This document shows, in pieces, positions 52,252 to 56,614 of a stretch of DNA of 56,614 nt. The stretch is from Candidatus Polarisedimenticolaceae bacterium. Its GTDB lineage: Bacteria > Acidobacteriota > Polarisedimenticolia > Polarisedimenticolales > DASRJG01. The notes under the pieces are model-generated. The model was given only the letters and a program-made list of their open reading frames with translations. It ran no database searches and had not been told where the DNA came from. The stretch spans positions 1 through 56,614 of the forward strand of contig DASRJG010000073.1 of NCBI GenBank assembly GCA_035649595.1. The letters run 5' to 3'. Made by a program: the position numbers and the translations under genes. The stretch's first letter is position 1. Each line of letters opens with the position of its first letter.

Positions 52252-55200
52252 GCGGGGGACCCGGATTCCTCGCACCTCTCCTCCACGCCCCCGCCTACGC
52301 CGCGCTCGAGCGCGCGCTCCTCCGCACCGGGCCGTCCGTCGCCGTCACCGGTCTGACCGGTCCCGCGCGCGCCGCGGTCGTGGCTCTCCTGCTCGAGCAG
52401 ACCGGGCGCACGCTGGTCCTCGTCGTTCCCGACGACACCGGCGTCGCAGCCTGGCAGCGCGACCTCGCCGCGTTCGCGACGCTCATCGGGCGCGACCCTC
52501 GGCGCGTCGTCCCGTTTCCTGCGCTCGATGCGGACCCGTACGACGACATTCCCCCTCATCCCGAGATCGAGCGCGAGCGGGTTCGAGCGCTGGGTCGCTT
52601 GGGGCGCGGCGAGCTGGACCTCCTCCTGGTCCCGGCCCGCGCGACCCTGTCGTGGCTTCCGTCGCCGGACGCCGTCACGGCGAGCGCACGAACGCTCAGG
52701 GTCGGCGACACGCTCGCCCCGGACCGCTTCGTCCTCGACAGCCTGCGCGCCGGATACCGCCGAGCCGACACCGTGGCGGCGCCGGGGGAGATCTCCCGAC
52801 GGGGCGGGATCGTCGACGTGTTCCCTCCGGAATCCGACGAGCCGGTCCGTATCGAGCTCTTCGGCGACACGATCGAGTCGCTGCGGGCGTTCGATCCCGA
52901 GCACCAGCGCTCGACGCGGCCGCTCCGCGAGGCCGTCGTCGGGCCGGCCGTCGAGAACCCCGCCACGGACGACGCCGTCCTCCGCCTCGGGGCGTACCTC
53001 GAGGCCGGCGCGCGTCGCGCGCGGGAGGAGGACGGTCCGGTGCAGGCCTATCGCGCGAAGCTCGAGGCGCTCCGTGCCGAAGGCCACCTGCCGGCGTTCG
53101 AGGCGCTGGCGGCGCTCACGGCCGCGAACCCCGCGACGCTCTTCGAGCACACGGGAGGCGCGACGGTCGCCGTGGACGAGCCCGAGCGCGTCGAGGAGGA
53201 GATCCTGCGAGCCGGTCACGAGCTGCGTCTCTCCCACGAGAAGAGCGGCGACCGGGTGCTGCCCCCGCCGGGCATCCTGTTCGTTCCCGAGACGGACGCG
53301 ATCGCGACCCTGCGATCGAACGCGATCGCGTTTCGGGAGCTGGCCTCGGGGGAACCGGGCACCGCGACTCAGGCGGTCTGGTCGGCCCGGCGGGCGCGCT
53401 CGTTCGCCGGACGCGCGGCCGAGTTCGCGGGGGCTCTCGCCGAAAGCTCCCGGCGCAGGGAGCGCGTCGTCTGCGTCCTGCGGACCCCGGGAAGCGCCAA
53501 GCGCCTGGCGGAGATCCTCGACGAGTACGAGACCACGGCGACGATCGCCGTCGCCGGCCTGCGCGAGGGGTTCGAGTGTCCGGACGAGAAGCTGGTCGTC
53601 TACTCGGAGCGGGAGATCTTCGGCGAGGACAAGCACGCGCGGGACCGGAAGCCCGGCGCGCGAGCGGCGTTTCTCTCCGACTTTCGCGACCTGAAGGTCG
53701 GAGACTTCGTCGTCCACGTCGATCACGGCGTTGCCCGGTACGCGGGTCTCGGGCGGCCGAAGGGCGCGAGCCTCAACCGCGACTTCATGGTCCTGGAGTT
53801 CCAGGGAGCCGACCGGTTGTTCGTGCCGACCGACAGGCTGGATCTCGTTCAGAAGTACAGCGGGGTCGCCGGCCATCGTCCGGCGCTCGACCGGCTCGGT
53901 GGGACCGGGTGGGAGAAGGTCAAGAGCCGCGTGAGGAAGTCCGTCGTGTCGATGGCGAAGGAGCTCCTGGAGCTCTACGCGCGGCGGCGCGCCGCGGCAG
54001 GGCACGCGTTCGCGCCCGACGGGGCTTGGCAAGCGGAGCTCGAGGCGGCGTTTCCGTTCGAGCTGACTCCGGACCAGGAGCGCGCCATCCGCGAGGTGAA
54101 GGACGATCTCGAACAGCCCAAGCCGATGGACCGGCTCCTGGTCGGCGACGTGGGATTCGGAAAGACGGAAGTGGCGGTCCGCGCGGCGTTCAAGGCGGTC
54201 ATGGACGGAAAACAGGTCGCCCTCCTCGCCCCGACGACCGTCCTTGCCGCGCAGCACTTCGAGACGATTCGCGAGCGGTTCGCCCCGTTCCCCGTCGTGC
54301 TCGAGATGGTCTCCCGCTTCCGGAGTCCTGATGAGACGCGCCGCGCCCTCGAGGCGCTCCTCGCCGGGTCGATCGACATGGTGGTGGGGACGCACCGGCT
54401 CCTCTCGAAGGACGTCGCGTTCCGGCGGTTGGGGCTGCTGGTGGTCGACGAGGAGCAGCGCTTCGGCGTCGCCGCGAAGGAGCGCCTGAAGCAGCTCTCG
54501 GTCGGCATCGACGTGCTGTCCATGACCGCGACCCCGATCCCGAGAACTCTCCAGATGTCGCTCGCGGGGGTCCGTGATCTGTCGATCATCGAGACCCCGC
54601 CTCCGGGCCGCACCGCGATCCAGACGTATCTCGTTCCGTTCCGGAAGAACGTCGTCGCCCAGGCGATCCGGCAGGAGCTTCGCCGCCAGGGCCAGGTCTT
54701 CTTCGTGCACAACCGTGTGGAGACCATCCCCGCGCTGGTCCGGGCTCTGGAGGAGCTCGTCCCCGAGGCGCGCATCGTGGTCGCGCACGGTCAGATGCCG
54801 GAGCGGGAGCTCGAGCGGGTGATGCTCCGATTCATCCATGACGAGGCGGACGTCCTGGTCACCACGACGTTGATCGAGAACGGACTCGACATCCCTCGCG
54901 CGAACACGATTCTCGTCAACCGCGCCGATCGTCTCGGATTGGCGCAGCTCTACCAGCTTCGGGGACGCGTAGGGCGCAGCGTGCAGCACGCGTACGCGTA
55001 CTTCCTGATCCCCGGGGGCCACACGCTTTCCGAATCCGCACGCCGCCGCCTGAAGGCGCTCCAGGAGTTCAGCGAGCTCGGCTCCGGCTTCCGGCTGGCG
55101 GCCGCGGACCTGGAGATCCGCGGGGCCGGCGAGTTCCTCGGATCGCGCCAGCACGGACACATCGCCGCTCTAGGGTTCGACCTCTACTGCCAGATGCTCG

Positions 55201-55676
55201 AGCGGGCGGTTTCGGAGCTGCGGGGCGAGACGGTCGAGGAGAGACCACCGGTCTCGCTGCACCTGGCGATCGACATCAAGCTGCCCGAGAGCTACATGCC
55301 CGACGTCGGCGATCGTCTGACGCTCTACAAGCGTCTTTCGGTCGCGCGGGACGCGGCCGAGGTGGACCGGCTCCAGACGGAATCCGAGGACCGGTGGGGG
55401 CACCTTCCGGCGCCGGGTCGCAACCTCTTCGACATGGCCCGGCTCCGACTGGCCGCCGAGCGAGCCGGCGTCAAGAGCGTCGACGTGGTGGAGGCCAAGC
55501 TCCAGCTGCGATTTCGCGAGACCGCGCCGGTCGACCCCCAGCGGCTGGTCGAGCTGGTCTCACGGCGCGGCGGAACGATCTCGCCCTCCGGTCTGCTGAG
55601 TCTCGCCGCTCCCGACGCGCCGTCGGAGCGGATCGGCACGGTGCGCCGCATCCTCGAAGATGCGGCCGGCGCGTGA
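52248..55676 (+). CDS. mfd: transcription-repair coupling factor Mfd
   Basis: 1142-aa ORF with a CarD/RNAP-interaction region (..GDFVVHVDHGVARYAGL..), helicase motifs (GDVGFGKTEVA, DEEQRFGV, ..QLRGRVGRS..) and a TRG/TRCF C-terminal domain. Confidence 0.96.
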   Translation: MSGGPGFLAPLLHAPAYAALERALLRTGPSVAVTGLTGPARAAVVALLLEQTGRTLVLVVPDDTGVAAWQRDLAAFATLIGRDPRRVVPFPALDADPYDDIPPHPEIERERVRALGRLGRGELDLLLVPARATLSWLPSPDAVTASARTLRVGDTLAPDRFVLDSLRAGYRRADTVAAPGEISRRGGIVDVFPPESDEPVRIELFGDTIESLRAFDPEHQRSTRPLREAVVGPAVENPATDDAVLRLGAYLEAGARRAREEDGPVQAYRAKLEALRAEGHLPAFEALAALTAANPATLFEHTGGATVAVDEPERVEEEILRAGHELRLSHEKSGDRVLPPPGILFVPETDAIATLRSNAIAFRELASGEPGTATQAVWSARRARSFAGRAAEFAGALAESSRRRERVVCVLRTPGSAKRLAEILDEYETTATIAVAGLREGFECPDEKLVVYSEREIFGEDKHARDRKPGARAAFLSDFRDLKVGDFVVHVDHGVARYAGLGRPKGASLNRDFMVLEFQGADRLFVPTDRLDLVQKYSGVAGHRPALDRLGGTGWEKVKSRVRKSVVSMAKELLELYARRRAAAGHAFAPDGAWQAELEAAFPFELTPDQERAIREVKDDLEQPKPMDRLLVGDVGFGKTEVAVRAAFKAVMDGKQVALLAPTTVLAAQHFETIRERFAPFPVVLEMVSRFRSPDETRRALEALLAGSIDMVVGTHRLLSKDVAFRRLGLLVVDEEQRFGVAAKERLKQLSVGIDVLSMTATPIPRTLQMSLAGVRDLSIIETPPPGRTAIQTYLVPFRKNVVAQAIRQELRRQGQVFFVHNRVETIPALVRALEELVPEARIVVAHGQMPERELERVMLRFIHDEADVLVTTTLIENGLDIPRANTILVNRADRLGLAQLYQLRGRVGRSVQHAYAYFLIPGGHTLSESARRRLKALQEFSELGSGFRLAAADLEIRGAGEFLGSRQHGHIAALGFDLYCQMLERAVSELRGETVEERPPVSLHLAIDIKLPESYMPDVGDRLTLYKRLSVARDAAEVDRLQTESEDRWGHLPAPGRNLFDMARLRLAAERAGVKSVDVVEAKLQLRFRETAPVDPQRLVELVSRRGGTISPSGLLSLAAPDAPSERIGTVRRILEDAAGA

Positions 55677-55714
55677 GCGGAAAGCCTTGCGCCGCGCCGC
55701 CCACCCGATCCACC

Positions 55715-56614
55715 ATGCTCGCCATGGTCGGTCGCCTCGGTCGGCGGGTCGCGTCGGTCCTCGCGATGACGGCGGCCGCGGCGTGCAACCGCGCCGCCCC
55801 CGATCTCGGGACGCGGGTCGTCGCCCTGGTCGGGCAGCGGTCTCTGACGGCCGCGGAGCTGCAGGCCTACCTCGACGCGAATCTCGTGCACGACGCGGCC
55901 GACGAGTCGCCTGCGCCGGGGGACCTCGCTCGGGTCAAGAGCCGGCTGTTCGATGATTTCCTCGACGGCGAGCTGCTGTTCCAGGAGGCGACGCGCCGGA
56001 AGGTCACGGTCTCGGACGAGGAGCTCCAGGATTATCTCGCCGACGGACCTCCCGCCTCACCGGCGGCCACGGCGTCGGCACGACGCGATCTGACGATCCA
56101 GAAGCTCCGTGAATCCGTGGTCCGGACGGAGGTCCACGTGAGCGATGCGGAGATCGATTCATGGCTCGCGGCGCACGCCGCTCCCGCCGCGACCCCCGGC
56201 TCCCTCCGCACCTTGCGGCTGGCGTCCTACCCCGAGGCCACGCGGGTCCGGCAGGAGATCCTCTCGAGAAAGCTCTCGTTCGCCGAAGCGGAGGGCGCCT
56301 ACGGCGCCGATTCCATCCCCGACGTCCCGGGGGAGTCCGATCTCGACGCCTTGCCGAACAGCATCGCCGGGGCGGTGCGCGCGCTGAGGCCGGGGGAGGT
56401 GAGCGCCCCGCTTCCGTTCGAGTCGAGCGTCCTATTGTTCCTGCTCGAGCCGCCGGACGATCCCGCCGCCTCGGAGGCGCGGCGCCGGGAAGGGGCGCGA
56501 AGGGCCATCGCGCTCGATCACGCGCAGGAGGTGGAGAATCGTCTCCTGCGCGACCTGCGCGCGCGGACGCGTATCACGCGGTATCCCGCCGAGCTTCCGT
56601 TCGCGTACGTGGCG
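55715..56614 (+). CDS. SurA-N/PpiC (parvulin)-like periplasmic chaperone lipoprotein, 3' end outside the window
   Basis: Hand translation of the open frame to the window edge: MLAMVGRLGRRVASVLAMTAAAAC.. (lipobox-like), then ..LTAAELQAYLD...LFDDFLDGELLFQEA....VSDEELQDYL... The position after mfd is common for such genes. The alternative GTG 55673 overlaps the mfd stop. Confidence 0.6.
   Translation, partial: MLAMVGRLGRRVASVLAMTAAAACNRAAPDLGTRVVALVGQRSLTAAELQAYLDANLVHDAADESPAPGDLARVKSRLFDDFLDGELLFQEATRRKVTVSDEELQDYLADGPPASPAATASARRDLTIQKLRESVVRTEVHVSDAEIDSWLAAHAAPAATPGSLRTLRLASYPEATRVRQEILSRKLSFAEAEGAYGADSIPDVPGESDLDALPNSIAGAVRALRPGEVSAPLPFESSVLLFLLEPPDDPAASEARRREGARRAIALDHAQEVENRLLRDLRARTRITRYPAELPFAYVA

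Overview
GC-rich chromosomal window from a Gram-negative-type bacterium. The phylum cannot be assigned from sequence alone; myxo-type Cys-rich repeats, a bactofilin and a sigma-54-like promoter fit Myxococcota/Acidobacteriota-like lineages. All calls come from reading the sequence and ORF track by eye, with no database search.

The right two thirds is the replication-origin neighbourhood:
- Minus strand: dnaA-dnaN-gyrB-gyrA, then transaldolase, a three-gene acyl-CoA carboxylase set, and rpsU-dnaG-rpoD.
- Plus strand, diverging from dnaA: rpmH-rnpA-yidD-yidC-jag-mnmE-mnmG-rsmG-parA-parB-bactofilin-atpHAGDC, a LivJ-like binding protein, a GT2 glycosyltransferase, mfd and a partial SurA/PpiC-like gene.
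- Gene orientation flips at about 35.5-35.9 kb, and DnaA-box-like 9-mers flank dnaA.

The left ~17 kb is accessory. Its main feature is a candidate, apparently undescribed RiPP operon on the minus strand (about 1939-8111, possibly up to 10170):
- Four tandem 44-47 aa precursor genes. The ORF track misses two and mis-extends the other two. Each has a canonical double-glycine leader, a core with 6-8 Cys and an invariant TT-x4-EE.
- A C39-peptidase ABC exporter and a short HlyD-like protein.
- A three-domain protein: Cys-less C39-like domain, VKOR domain and thioredoxin-like domain.
- An MdnC/MvdD-like ATP-grasp ligase.
- Genes translationally coupled upstream: a ferric-reductase-like/Rieske fusion, an unknown membrane-anchored Cys3His protein and small membrane proteins.

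Other second-look items:
- A precursor-specific promoter with two intrinsic terminators.
- An array of GCCGAC-N6-GTCKGC palindromes between parB and the bactofilin gene, followed by a sigma-54-like promoter. The same palindrome type also lies upstream of hup.
- An AT-rich island with a parS-like palindrome upstream of parA.
- An in-frame TGA in the first, partial gene.
- Several Cys-rich secreted proteins.

Many long ORFs in the track are antisense shadows typical of high-GC DNA and were rejected.
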